A stretch of DNA of 64,000 bases from an uncultured virus (IMG/VR IMGVR_UViG_3300028887_000113) (lineage: Duplodnaviria; Heunggongvirae; Uroviricota; Caudoviricetes), in the IMG/VR virus record IMGVR_UViG_3300028887_000113; one strand, written 5' to 3'. The position numbers and the translations under genes are program-made. The notes beneath the pieces were generated by a model. That model searched no databases. It was given only the letters and a program-made list of their open reading frames with translations, and had not been told where the DNA came from. Of the stretch, positions 30,683 to 40,409 are shown piece after piece (within the stretch, counting starts at the first letter, position 1; each line of letters starts with the position of its first letter).

Positions 30683-31771
30683 TCATTTAACTGACGAAAC
30701 GTTGACAGTCCAGCTAAATTGCACATGTGCCGGAATAGAATCAACTGTAGCTTCCCTAGGTAACGCCAACGCAACCGGTACCTCACGACCAATACTATCC
30801 AAGTCGAGCAACGCATCGAAATTAAGAATAGTATACGGAAGCGTCTGATCCCAGCAATACACTTCGGATAGCTTGTCACCTATCTTCAGTTTCAGCCGGG
30901 TCAGCGATATGGCCGACATATACTCATCATTACGAATGCCAACCGACAAATGTGCATGTACGGTATGTACCGCACTATCGCCAATATTCAGTACTCCTAG
31001 ATTATATGGGGCACTCTGATACGGTACCTCGACATCAAAGTACTTTCCTCCGCTGAATGACTCGGCATACGGCTTGACATAGTCAACTACCTCAAGATAT
31101 CCGTTATCGTTGATACGGATAGACGTAGTATCTACCTTTACATACAGGTTGTCGAATCCGTCAATCCTCTCGACACCCAGACCGCCATTCTCGTCCTTTG
31201 CCTTAAGTCTGGCAAATATACGACCGTTGTCATCGATACCAAGGTTGACTTCATCATATCTCAGACTGATGATTCCTTCACGGTCTACCGTAATCGCACC
31301 GTTAGCGCCAATCACACCAGTTCCGTGACACATATTGCATTCAAGGTCAGATTCATCCATGGACGGTTCCAGTACGGTACCGGTTCCGTCACAATGAGGA
31401 CACTTCTCGGTAATTTCCTTCTCGCCATGACACGTAGGACAAATTTCCTGAAGGTCGCAGTCGCCGTCCACAAATCCGGTGCCATTGCAATCCGGACATA
31501 CCTTTGTAATATATCCGTTGTTGCATTCCAGACACTTATGTGCCTCGACATGGCCAGTACCATTGCAATACGGACATTCGGTACCTTCCACGTCTCCATC
31601 GCCCATCGGGTAGAGCGCCCTCGCGGTTACACGACGCTCCTTGGAATCAATGTACGATACCGGAAGCCACGGCCTGGACTCAGTATCCGTCGATCCTTCA
31701 ATCTTGGGCAACCGCATTATCTTGATGAAGGACAGTTCTTCCTTCGTGTATGTATTACTATTGCTAGCCAT
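30683..31771 (-). CDS. Protein with six DnaJ-type CxxCxGxG-like zinc-finger repeats
   Basis: CPYCNGTG, CLECNNG, CPDCNGTG, CPTCHGEK, CPHCDGTG, CNMCHGTG; no HPD J-domain. Confidence 0.7.
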   Translation of the reverse strand: MASNSNTYTKEELSFIKIMRLPKIEGSTDTESRPWLPVSYIDSKERRVTARALYPMGDGDVEGTECPYCNGTGHVEAHKCLECNNGYITKVCPDCNGTGFVDGDCDLQEICPTCHGEKEITEKCPHCDGTGTVLEPSMDESDLECNMCHGTGVIGANGAITVDREGIISLRYDEVNLGIDDNGRIFARLKAKDENGGLGVERIDGFDNLYVKVDTTSIRINDNGYLEVVDYVKPYAESFSGGKYFDVEVPYQSAPYNLGVLNIGDSAVHTVHAHLSVGIRNDEYMSAISLTRLKLKIGDKLSEVYCWDQTLPYTILNFDALLDLDSIGREVPVALALPREATVDSIPAHVQFSWTVNVSSVK

Positions 31772-31772
31772 C

Positions 31773-34346
31773 TTAATCCCTCTTCAAAGCTTCATGGTAC
31801 GTGTCCGAACTTTCATCTGTCTCGATAGGCGTATGTATCGGGTCGCCTCCGTAGGTGTATGCCTCTCCATCGTCGTCCGTTACCAAAATTTCCTGTGTCA
31901 TAAACCAGATGCAACTTGGGTCATACTGGTTATACTCGGCTACGAACTGCGACTTGCTCATCGTAGTCGTATAATACGCGACACCAAACAAATGACTCAT
32001 GCCGACTAGATATCCTTCAGGATTCTTCCCGGTACCGTCACAAGTCTGGCAAATCTCGCCGGTTTCTTGATCGACACCAGTTCCTTCACAGTCCTCGCAC
32101 ATATCACCTATCGCATCAACAGTCTTCGACGCGTCTTCCATATCTGCACATGTCGTGCGTTTAGTCGAATGCGGCAGACTATGGGCGAACAAGTTGGTCG
32201 TGCACGTAATACGCCACGGCATATACAACGTGTCGCTATCCAATCCGTTCCTAGTAACCGGCCTATCGTCTGTATCATATCCAATAAGGAATTCCCACTT
32301 GTCATCACATATACCAAACGCTTCCCCAGCATCACCACCGGCAATAACACCGGTCGTCTCGGTGAACCAGTCGTGCTCATTTACATCAACCAGATTCTCT
32401 GTCGCCTTTCCCTTCACATGCAAATGATATACGTAATAGTCCATCCCATTCTGCTGGGTTCCCGATGCAACATACGCATACAGATGCCATCCATCGTCCT
32501 CCAGACGCCAGAACTTGATTGTAAACCCGTTGCGGTCATTGCTGTTAGTGTAGCCGGACGGCATTCGTATGTTATACACACGAGGTACGTCGCACATACT
32601 GTCGCACATCGGAGTCCGTATGCACTTAGGATTCTGTACGTACTGTCGATGTTCTACTAGACTTAACCCAAAATCGTAATCAAAATCCTCATTGTCAACC
32701 ACGCAAGTTTCCTTTACTGGGTCTCCGGGCGTCCTTCCTTGATATCCGACAAGCGCATCCTCCTCGCCAACCTTAATCTGGTAATCAGTTATGCTGAACT
32801 GATTATATTCCGCATTTGGAGCTATTGATGCCCCGGCGCATACTATCTTTACAGTGCGCTGCAGATGATGCATATAGCATGACGGCGTCAAGAAGTAATA
32901 GTCAATATGAAACACGCCGCCACACTTACAGAAATCGATATCGTTCTGGACAATGATATGGGACGTAAAATCGACACTCGTTCCATTTACATCAGATTCC
33001 AGCACATCGGCAAGCTTTTCCCAAGCACCGCATGTCACCAGATAGATGCCGTCCTCGCCGTTCTTCTGGTTAAGCAACGCCACAACATTTCCGGACGATA
33101 CATTGTAATTACAGATAGTACGGTTGCCGCACTTGTACGGTACGTCGTCACGGCATACATAATCTACCGGATAGCTAGCGCGAGCACCCAAGTCGACCAG
33201 TACAGTATTGTCTACCGGCATCGGTGTCGGAACACGGTAACAGTCGGTTTCACAACCAGTCTCTACGTCATTGAACCCTTGCCAGCTTCCGGATCGCACT
33301 ACCCACAGTCCGTTCTCGGACTCGACAAACTGGTGCGCAAGCCATACGACATCGCCATCAAGCAACTGGACTCCGTCCAGTTTCAACAAGCCAGCCTTAT
33401 GGGACAAATTCTTGTTGTATTTCAGACGAACCATCGTATAGAAGTAATCTTCACAATCTACGGACGGATTGATACGGAAATACACGGTATCGCCGTACTT
33501 CGGATTGGCCGCCGCATCCTTAACAGAATTACCATTGTCGTCTATAGTATCATACACCAACGACATCGTGCCAGTCTGATAGCATTCTTTCTCAATCGTA
33601 ATGCCTTCGGTCGAATAACGCTGCTGCTCATCGGTACCCGAATCGTATTTATAACGAATGATCCCTATACTCGGATCGCCGAACAGCTGGTTACCATAGC
33701 TACAATATATGTCGTACTGGGCACACGGCTCAGAACCCTTTCCGTCCGTGGCCAGCATTCCCGGATATACCGTAAACGCCGCAGTTCCTACGCCGGTTTC
33801 ATCAATATCAAACTCAATCTCGTCAGGTTCGACTACATACTCGGTTTCGCCGTTATACAGCTTAATACTGAGCCCCTCGGTGAGATTCTCCCCATGCACA
33901 ATAACAGAAACGCTCTCATCTACACGAGACGCCAAGTTTTCCACATAAGTAATGGTTGGTAATTCTTTGCCAAATACAGTCGCATATAGATATACATCAA
34001 TACGCTTGTATGTCAAGTCAAAATCATCGTAATAGTCAGCCCCGTTCCTGGCATACACGTCCGCATCCACGTCAACATAGCCAACGACAAACCTTAGCGG
34101 TATTTTCCGATAGACTTCGGCTTCGCCAGCGTATAAAGGAGGAATATTAAGCAGTACATTGTCTTCACCTTCAAGTGTCAAATAAAATCCATTCGACACT
34201 CCGTTTATCGCTTCTAGTTCGATCGAACGGACGCGACCGTCATCCTTGCCATCATCGTCGATGGCAAATACGTCGATAGGTTCATTATGCTCCGAAAACG
34301 GTACTGTATAATAGCCTAAAGTAATTGACGGTACGCCCATAGTCAT
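31773..34346 (-). CDS. Cys-rich probable virion protein
   Basis: Two 'LDGV.L..GD.V.L..Q....ENG.(W/Y).V..G.W'-type repeats seen in phage structural proteins, plus two CxxCxGTG motifs. Confidence 0.6.
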   Translation of the reverse strand: MTMGVPSITLGYYTVPFSEHNEPIDVFAIDDDGKDDGRVRSIELEAINGVSNGFYLTLEGEDNVLLNIPPLYAGEAEVYRKIPLRFVVGYVDVDADVYARNGADYYDDFDLTYKRIDVYLYATVFGKELPTITYVENLASRVDESVSVIVHGENLTEGLSIKLYNGETEYVVEPDEIEFDIDETGVGTAAFTVYPGMLATDGKGSEPCAQYDIYCSYGNQLFGDPSIGIIRYKYDSGTDEQQRYSTEGITIEKECYQTGTMSLVYDTIDDNGNSVKDAAANPKYGDTVYFRINPSVDCEDYFYTMVRLKYNKNLSHKAGLLKLDGVQLLDGDVVWLAHQFVESENGLWVVRSGSWQGFNDVETGCETDCYRVPTPMPVDNTVLVDLGARASYPVDYVCRDDVPYKCGNRTICNYNVSSGNVVALLNQKNGEDGIYLVTCGAWEKLADVLESDVNGTSVDFTSHIIVQNDIDFCKCGGVFHIDYYFLTPSCYMHHLQRTVKIVCAGASIAPNAEYNQFSITDYQIKVGEEDALVGYQGRTPGDPVKETCVVDNEDFDYDFGLSLVEHRQYVQNPKCIRTPMCDSMCDVPRVYNIRMPSGYTNSNDRNGFTIKFWRLEDDGWHLYAYVASGTQQNGMDYYVYHLHVKGKATENLVDVNEHDWFTETTGVIAGGDAGEAFGICDDKWEFLIGYDTDDRPVTRNGLDSDTLYMPWRITCTTNLFAHSLPHSTKRTTCADMEDASKTVDAIGDMCEDCEGTGVDQETGEICQTCDGTGKNPEGYLVGMSHLFGVAYYTTTMSKSQFVAEYNQYDPSCIWFMTQEILVTDDDGEAYTYGGDPIHTPIETDESSDTYHEALKRD

Positions 34347-34991
34347 TTATCCTTCTGTAGGCGGCTGTGCCACTTCCGGAAGCGGTATTCCGCACAGTTT
34401 TCTGATTGTGTTTCCAGTATTCTTGAGTGCCTGAACGATCGGAGCAGACTTCTGGCTAAACGGCTTAAAATACTTCTCGCACTTCGCCGGGAGCCATTCC
34501 TGAGGGTTCTGCAGAGACACACAAAGGTTCTCGATGAAGGAGAGCATCATTTCCGGATTGATGGCGGCACCCTGCACGTCATCCTTCCAGTCGGCCTCGA
34601 CCTTCGTCTTGTATGAGGACATTTCCTTGACACGCTGCACTGCCTCGCTCTTGTTGATGCCTTCCTTGACCTTGCGGTTAACCTCATCGAACTTTCTCAA
34701 GTTGTTCTGGTATGCGTCACGGAATTCCTGGGAGCCTTCACCGATATTAACTTGCTGCGGAACGAAATATCCGTTCGGCTGTACGCCTTGCTGATATTGC
34801 GGCTGCATCGGCTGCTGGTATCCCTGCGGAGGATACTGCGGCTGCATCGGCTGCTGCGGATATCCTTGCTGTGCATAATTCGGCTGCGGTGCATACTGCG
34901 GAGAGTAACCCGGTTGCACGTACGGATTCTGCGGTTGAGGTTGTTGCATCTGGCCACGAGGGGCAATGTTAGTGTAGTCTGGTTGTTTCAT
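34347..34991 (-). CDS. Q/P/Y-rich hypothetical late protein
   Basis: QQPMQPQY repeats, RBS GAGGA, late promoter at 35009. Confidence 0.65.
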   Translation of the reverse strand: MKQPDYTNIAPRGQMQQPQPQNPYVQPGYSPQYAPQPNYAQQGYPQQPMQPQYPPQGYQQPMQPQYQQGVQPNGYFVPQQVNIGEGSQEFRDAYQNNLRKFDEVNRKVKEGINKSEAVQRVKEMSSYKTKVEADWKDDVQGAAINPEMMLSFIENLCVSLQNPQEWLPAKCEKYFKPFSQKSAPIVQALKNTGNTIRKLCGIPLPEVAQPPTEG

Positions 34992-35015
34992 AAATCCTCT
35001 ACACGCCTAGTTTAT

Positions 35016-35199
35016 ATAATAATGGCGTCATCTCAAAGGTGCAAACTATAAATAGAAATTGCCTATTGGAAACTGTGACGATATTTACTACATTAATAAT
35101 GTATCGCAAGGTACTCGCCGCAGGAACGGCGGTTAAAGGCGCGAGCGTCTCTATGAGACTAACGCGAATCTCACCGTATTCCAATGGTGCGTAGTTCAC
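35016..35199 (+). mobile_element. Protein-less mini-element derived from the tnpB element
   Basis: Starts after TTTAT (35011-35015) and ends in GTAGTTCAC (35191-35199); no ORF of consequence. Confidence 0.65.
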
Positions 35200-35219
35200 C
35201 AGTTAGGCACATTTCGTCT
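35101..35219 (+). ncRNA. Stand-alone omega-RNA with predicted guide CAGTTAGGCACATTTCGTCT
   Basis: 27/29 identity to 9634-9662, shared AACGCGAA and TGCGTAGTTCAC, and a 5' GCAA-tetraloop hairpin. Confidence 0.7.
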
Positions 35220-35239
35220 AAGTGGATAAATTACTCTAA

Positions 35240-35268
35240 AAAAGGCCCGGTCTTGCGACCGAGCCTTT
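35240..35268. terminator. Intrinsic terminator (gp22 on minus; possibly also the omega-RNA on plus)
   Basis: AAAAGGCCCGGTC-TTGC-GACCGAGCCTTT. Confidence 0.7.
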
Positions 35269-35295
35269 CCACCATAACAAGGAGATTTTATGGAA

Positions 35296-36210
35296 TTACG
35301 CAAATTTTCCTAGGCCGAGGTTCTCAAACGCCTTGACGTTTGACATGGCTGCCGCAATGTCGGAAGCATCGTCCGTAGGAACATCCATCAGGTCGACGTT
35401 GACATCTTCGAGAAGTGTATCCATACCAGCAGCAAGTCCGGCACGCTGCGGCTTGAGACCCTTCGTCAGAGACTCGATCTTCGGAGTGACCTTTTCTGGT
35501 TCCTCGTCATCACACTCGAATATACCGTCGATAGATTCCAGCTTGTTTTCTCGATCTAACTGGTCGTCGATGTCCTTCAATGCGTTCACGACATTGTCCA
35601 TGTTGAGCTTTCCGTCACGTTCCGGATCAACGTCCAGCATATACACGTCGTTGGAAGAACCGTCGATGAACTTCATGATACTGTCAGACGTAATGTCACG
35701 GACGTCATAAGGCAAGAAGTGGTTCATCACTGCCTGTACAACGTTCGGCTTCATGCCCTGCACTAGTCGCATGATGTAGGACTTCTTCTCTGCATCGTTC
35801 AGCTTGTCCTTCAACGCCTCACGTTCCGCATAGGCGGTCTTCAAGTTGGCGTTAGCCTTGGCCAGCAAGTCACGGAGCTTCTTGGTTTCCTCGGAAGTCG
35901 TGCCGTTCAAGGAAATAGTAATACCGACGCTTTCAAGGACTGCAGACATGGCACTAAGTGCCTTGAACATCTTGTCATTGATAGCATCGGTCTTCATCTT
36001 GGAAATATTCTCGGCAACAGCCTTACCGATCATCTTCTCAGCCTTCGATGACACGGCTTCCAGCATCTTATCAACTTGCTTACGCTGCTTGTCCTTATTG
36101 TCTTCTTGAACAGAAGCCAATTCGGCATCACATGCGGATTCAATTTTCGCAATCACATCTGGATTTATGCCAGAATATTCCTCTTCTGTCAATACTGAAC
36201 TTAGATTCAT
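35296..36210 (-). CDS. gp22: Prohead core scaffold gp22-like
   Basis: Helical and acidic, with many (L/I/F)E(S/D/C/N) motifs; follows gp21. Confidence 0.65.
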   Translation of the reverse strand: MNLSSVLTEEEYSGINPDVIAKIESACDAELASVQEDNKDKQRKQVDKMLEAVSSKAEKMIGKAVAENISKMKTDAINDKMFKALSAMSAVLESVGITISLNGTTSEETKKLRDLLAKANANLKTAYAEREALKDKLNDAEKKSYIMRLVQGMKPNVVQAVMNHFLPYDVRDITSDSIMKFIDGSSNDVYMLDVDPERDGKLNMDNVVNALKDIDDQLDRENKLESIDGIFECDDEEPEKVTPKIESLTKGLKPQRAGLAAGMDTLLEDVNVDLMDVPTDDASDIAAAMSNVKAFENLGLGKFA

Positions 36211-36962
36211 GGATTAAATCCTCGCAATGCAGAAATTAGACCATTTTTATCATAAAGACCACCGCCTACAGAAATAGTGGCGTAATGGTGCGCAATCTCG
36301 GCCCCGTACCGGTTCATGATGTCCGTAACGGACTCGACCAGCGGTCGTGGTCCGGCAACCGATTCTGTCAAAGCCTTAGCCTTGCCTTCGGCAGACTCCT
36401 GACGTGCGGTAAAGATGGCGTCCTGACCAAACGACGGATTACCCACAACATCAATGGTAATCATCGTATAGTCGTCGGCAATTTCCTCGTGCTCGCCCAT
36501 GTTGATCGTACTACCGGCACCGCGCAGCGAGAATCCCGGATGGTATCCGCCACGGATCAATGCGGCAAGCTGCTTACCAGCAACCGTCTCTTCCATCACG
36601 ACCATGCGCACCTTGAGGAGGTCGCCTTCCATATGCAAGTCCTCAATCAACGCACAGATAGACATCAAATCCATCTCGAAGATCGGATAGTCCTTCGCAG
36701 TTCCGTCCGGACCGAGTCGCGGGTGATTCAAGGAAGCGGCAAGACGGCCCTTCATGACGAAGTCCTTCACCAGACGGTTGGCCTCTCGCTCGATAATCGG
36801 CTTCGGGTACGCACGGTTGTTGATACCCGGTACGTTGCACTTGATCGCAGTTCCTTCAATGATCAAACGTTTTACATTGTTACCGAACATGTCCTTGCGT
36901 TCAACCAAGGATACGGTAGAACCCTCGAATATAGCGTCGCCGTATAATTGATTAGTTGCCAT
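36207..36962 (-). CDS. gp21: Prohead protease gp21
   Basis: NNRAYP, LNHP, GFSLRGAGS, IDVVGNPS; start at MATNQLY. Confidence 0.9.
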   Translation of the reverse strand: MATNQLYGDAIFEGSTVSLVERKDMFGNNVKRLIIEGTAIKCNVPGINNRAYPKPIIEREANRLVKDFVMKGRLAASLNHPRLGPDGTAKDYPIFEMDLMSICALIEDLHMEGDLLKVRMVVMEETVAGKQLAALIRGGYHPGFSLRGAGSTINMGEHEEIADDYTMITIDVVGNPSFGQDAIFTARQESAEGKAKALTESVAGPRPLVESVTDIMNRYGAEIAHHYATISVGGGLYDKNGLISALRGFNP

Positions 36963-37128
36963 ATAGCGCCCTGCCCTCTTTGCCGATAGATTCCATGATG
37001 GACTTGGACGCTGATTCCAGTTCGGACGTGAAACACGACTCGAAATATGCGCCGACAATCTTCTTGACCGTCGCCGTGTCATTGTTCAAAATCGCCGTCA
37101 ATAACTGTTTACTGTCCTTGGTATTCAT
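36952..37128 (-). CDS. Small prohead core protein (gp67-like position), 58 aa, missing from the ORF track
   Basis: MNTKDSKQLLTAILNNDTATVKKIVGAYFESCFTSELESASKSIMESIGKEGRALYGN; late promoter 26 nt upstream; FES/LES/MES motifs. Confidence 0.65.
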   Translation of the reverse strand: MNTKDSKQLLTAILNNDTATVKKIVGAYFESCFTSELESASKSIMESIGKEGRALYGN

Positions 37129-37209
37129 CAAAACTACCGCTCAGTTATTCGGTAGTTTATATATGTTGACATCTTGTTTTTTCTTGAAAATCCTGCTATA
37201 TTGAATAGT

Positions 37210-38280
37210 ATGCAAAATCAAAACCAGAATCCAGCCAAAGATCAGTGCAAGTTCAACAGTTCCGACACGCTGCACATACCCGGACTTGAACCGAACCATA
37301 TCGGATACTTCCGTCGACTTGCAAAGCAAATCGGCGTCGAGGAAGCCAGACTGAAATATAACGGAATGTCCAAGGAAAAAGCCGTCTATCTGGCATCGCT
37401 CGACGACAAGATGGACAACTACGGAATCAAGTGGACTGTCGAGGTACTCAAGAAACGATATGCAGACAAGAAGTTCGCACCGTATATCGAACCGAAACCT
37501 CGTGACGACTATGACTATTACGATTATTACGACCGAGACGAATTCTTCGGCCCCAAAGATACAGTAACCTACGCAAGATGGCTGTACAACCGGTACGGTG
37601 CACGAAAAGTGGCCAAACAATTCCATATATCCGACAACATGGCAGAACGAATCGGAACATCATCACTTCCGGGCTCCACGAAAGTCGACGAGCTGGAAAC
37701 TGAAGACGATATCGACGAAAAAGAATCAGAAATCTATGCGCGAAAGGCCGCAAAATCAATTAACGCATACCAGATGAAGCAGTTTCACAATGGAAACTCC
37801 AGAAAACTGAAAATCCGACTCAACAAACTGGCAGAAAACGACACCGCATTCGTTCTGAGAAAGCTCATCGAGACCGAAGACTATAACATCAAGGCAAAGG
37901 AATGCTATTTCGACTATATCCAGTACAATTATGACAAGAAATCGGAAAACCTAGTGGCAGCTATCGAACGACTGTCCAAAATGGACTGGAAATACTGGTG
38001 GGCCGACGACCAGGAAGGTACCGCGTCATACATATTCTACGTAGTACTGCCTACCGGAAAGCAAGTAAGCTGGCACGGTATGCACATCAAGGACGTAGAA
38101 AACGTACCCAAAGACAACGATGCCGAATGGGACGGCGAACTGTCGTCTACACTCCCGAAACTGCTGGAATGCGTCGAGGCAGTTTGCCCGTCGATTAATG
38201 AAGAAAAGTTCGACAAAAAGAAATGCCTTGACGAACTAGAAAAATACTCACATCAAGAGTTCGAACGAGTCCAGTCGTAG
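37210..38280 (+). CDS. Hypothetical protein
   Basis: Long plus-strand ORF preceded by TGCTATATT; C-terminal LPTGKQVSWH motif. Confidence 0.7.
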   Translation: MQNQNQNPAKDQCKFNSSDTLHIPGLEPNHIGYFRRLAKQIGVEEARLKYNGMSKEKAVYLASLDDKMDNYGIKWTVEVLKKRYADKKFAPYIEPKPRDDYDYYDYYDRDEFFGPKDTVTYARWLYNRYGARKVAKQFHISDNMAERIGTSSLPGSTKVDELETEDDIDEKESEIYARKAAKSINAYQMKQFHNGNSRKLKIRLNKLAENDTAFVLRKLIETEDYNIKAKECYFDYIQYNYDKKSENLVAAIERLSKMDWKYWWADDQEGTASYIFYVVLPTGKQVSWHGMHIKDVENVPKDNDAEWDGELSSTLPKLLECVEAVCPSINEEKFDKKKCLDELEKYSHQEFERVQS

Positions 38281-40409
38281 CGGTACTGTCCGCAGTCGTA
38301 TATGCGGTACAGTCCCCGTTCTAGCGTAATCTCGTGCTCGGTCTTGCCTTCATCACCCGGACCGGCAATCTTGTGCCTCTGGAACTGCATACGGTTCTTC
38401 CGGATATCGCCGTCCACGATGAAGTAACCGGGCGAGCTCATCGCCGTGAACTCAAATCCAAGTTTTTCGTAGAACGCATGCCCCGTGCTCCACCTAGCGT
38501 CCGCATACGATACTATGTGGTCCACGTCGTGATGGTCCTTCATGAACGCACTGAACAGCTTACCGGCACCGCCTACCACGTTCACGTCACGGTCGGAACA
38601 AAATCGCACAAGTTCCACTACGTTGGCATCGAAGCGGCTCTGGCCGAACGTCATCAAGGCTACAAGACGATTTCCAGAATACAATCCATATCGGTAAGGA
38701 GAATTCACAGCACCTTGAATATGATTACGGTCGAGGAAGTCTCGTGCCGTCTGAGAGTCTACATCCTTCACCTCGCAGTCTCGCGCATATACCTTGTCGA
38801 CAGACGACATACCGAACAGATAGCGGAGCCTGGACTTCACGATTTCGTTCTTGTACATCCACTCGTCGGAGAAGATATGGATCAGACGGTAGCCCTTCTC
38901 CTCGGCAAGAAGCTTCTTCCTCAAATGATAGCCTGGGTCATGGAACAGCTCGGAATGCCAGTAGACACCGTCATACTCCACGATAATCTTGCTGTCCTCG
39001 ACCACGATATCTGCTCCATAAGTGCCAAGGAAATCACGGTCGTAGTGCGTCACCTCGTGGCCAAGAGACTTGATGAAATCAGATACTTCCCTCTCCTCCA
39101 CGGATACCGGAGGATTCTTCGGCATGCAGTGAGTGCACGGCGTCAGCCCAGCATCCGTACGGAACTTGATGAACTGTGCCTGTTCAGTACACTCGTGTCC
39201 GCACACGTTGCACTTGAACTGCACCGCCCAGAAACTCGAAAATGAGATACCCACACAGTTGTACGAGCCGAGCATCTTATTATATCTTGCCAGATGCTCC
39301 TCTCTGTACGCATCACTCTGCGCATACCACGGAGCATTATAGCGTTCCATCGATGTCTGAGTAACCTTCTCAATAAACAATGGAGACTGGGCAAAGTTAG
39401 GTACATTGTAATGCTCCATGCAAGTCTCCTTGTACTTTTCCTTGACGGTTTCACTCTGAGTGAAGTGCGGCACGTTATAGACTCGCTGGCTGGTTTCATG
39501 TACCTTCTCATTCCAGTCCTTCGTCTGTGAGTAGTTCTCGACGCCGTACTTTCCCTTCATTGTCGCCTTGTTCGCGTCCTTGAACTTGTCCGACTGGAAG
39601 AAGTGCTCAACACCGTGCTCGGCAAGCATCAGCTCCTTCAACTTAGCCTTTCCTTCCTCCGACGCGGAATACCACGTGCCGTACTCGGCTACTTGCGTCT
39701 CGTAGCTCTTCTGCTTGAACTCGTCAGTCTGCACGTAGTACTTTCCGCCGTTCTCGGCGAACTGGCGCTCCTTCCACTTCGAGAGGAATTCCGGATCGTG
39801 CATATTGTGGTCGACACCGTGCTTAGCCATGTACCCGGCACGCGCCGCGTCGTTGCCTTCCTTGCCGGAGAAGAAGTTCGGACGGTTGAACTTCTCCATG
39901 TTGGTTGCCTCTACCGCCGCCCGGCCGGCATCGCTGTGAAGATAAGTCGTAGCACCGTACTTCGCCGTGAACGTCGCCTTCGCCGCATCTTGCACTTCCT
40001 TCGACTGCATGGCGAAACGTACGCCACGCTTGGCAAGGTGTGTCTGCTGCGCCTTCTCTTGGGCGGCGGCGGTGCCTCCGCCGTTCGTCGTGCCGTATCG
40101 CTCCATGCAAGTCGCTACCGTCTTCGCACGCTTGGCTGCCGCCTTTTCCGGGTCGTTCTTGAACAAGATACCGAAACACTTGTGAGAGCAAGTATCTCGG
40201 TAGCCTTCGGTAATAGACCTGAACTTAGTAGGCTTTCCGCATACCTTGCACACTCCCTCATCAGCCAGCTTAACATACTCATCATAGTAGGTCTTAGTAT
40301 CCTTACTATGCGTCTTGTTCACATGCGAAGATATGCCACGTACCGAATCAAACGTGGCAGCATGACAAATAGCACACTCGTATAGGCCGTCCTTATTTTT
40401 CAACAGCAT
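38253..40409 (-). CDS. Hef-like homing endonuclease (zinc fingers, KYG repeats, PD-(D/E)XK, GNAT-like tail)
   Basis: ADIVVEDSKIIVEYDGVYWH, HIFSDEW, YARDC..FLDRNHIQG, GGAGKL, YADARWS, IYDCG; RBS AAGGAGG. Confidence 0.8.
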   Translation of the reverse strand: MLLKNKDGLYECAICHAATFDSVRGISSHVNKTHSKDTKTYYDEYVKLADEGVCKVCGKPTKFRSITEGYRDTCSHKCFGILFKNDPEKAAAKRAKTVATCMERYGTTNGGGTAAAQEKAQQTHLAKRGVRFAMQSKEVQDAAKATFTAKYGATTYLHSDAGRAAVEATNMEKFNRPNFFSGKEGNDAARAGYMAKHGVDHNMHDPEFLSKWKERQFAENGGKYYVQTDEFKQKSYETQVAEYGTWYSASEEGKAKLKELMLAEHGVEHFFQSDKFKDANKATMKGKYGVENYSQTKDWNEKVHETSQRVYNVPHFTQSETVKEKYKETCMEHYNVPNFAQSPLFIEKVTQTSMERYNAPWYAQSDAYREEHLARYNKMLGSYNCVGISFSSFWAVQFKCNVCGHECTEQAQFIKFRTDAGLTPCTHCMPKNPPVSVEEREVSDFIKSLGHEVTHYDRDFLGTYGADIVVEDSKIIVEYDGVYWHSELFHDPGYHLRKKLLAEEKGYRLIHIFSDEWMYKNEIVKSRLRYLFGMSSVDKVYARDCEVKDVDSQTARDFLDRNHIQGAVNSPYRYGLYSGNRLVALMTFGQSRFDANVVELVRFCSDRDVNVVGGAGKLFSAFMKDHHDVDHIVSYADARWSTGHAFYEKLGFEFTAMSSPGYFIVDGDIRKNRMQFQRHKIAGPGDEGKTEHEITLERGLYRIYDCGQYRYDWTRSNS

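Noticed and set aside
30683..31771. Annotation as dnaJ
   Set aside because: Only the zinc-finger repeats are present; there is no HPD J-domain or G/F region.
34750..34950. Short nucleotide repeats (TGCGGCTGCATCGGCTGCTG) as a possible CRISPR array
   Set aside because: They encode QQPMQPQ repeats within an ORF and show no repeat-spacer periodicity.
35200..35219. Full-length self-target of the orphan guide within the window
   Set aside because: By eye I found only TTTAT+CAGTT seed matches. A computational search is needed to confirm that no full match exists.
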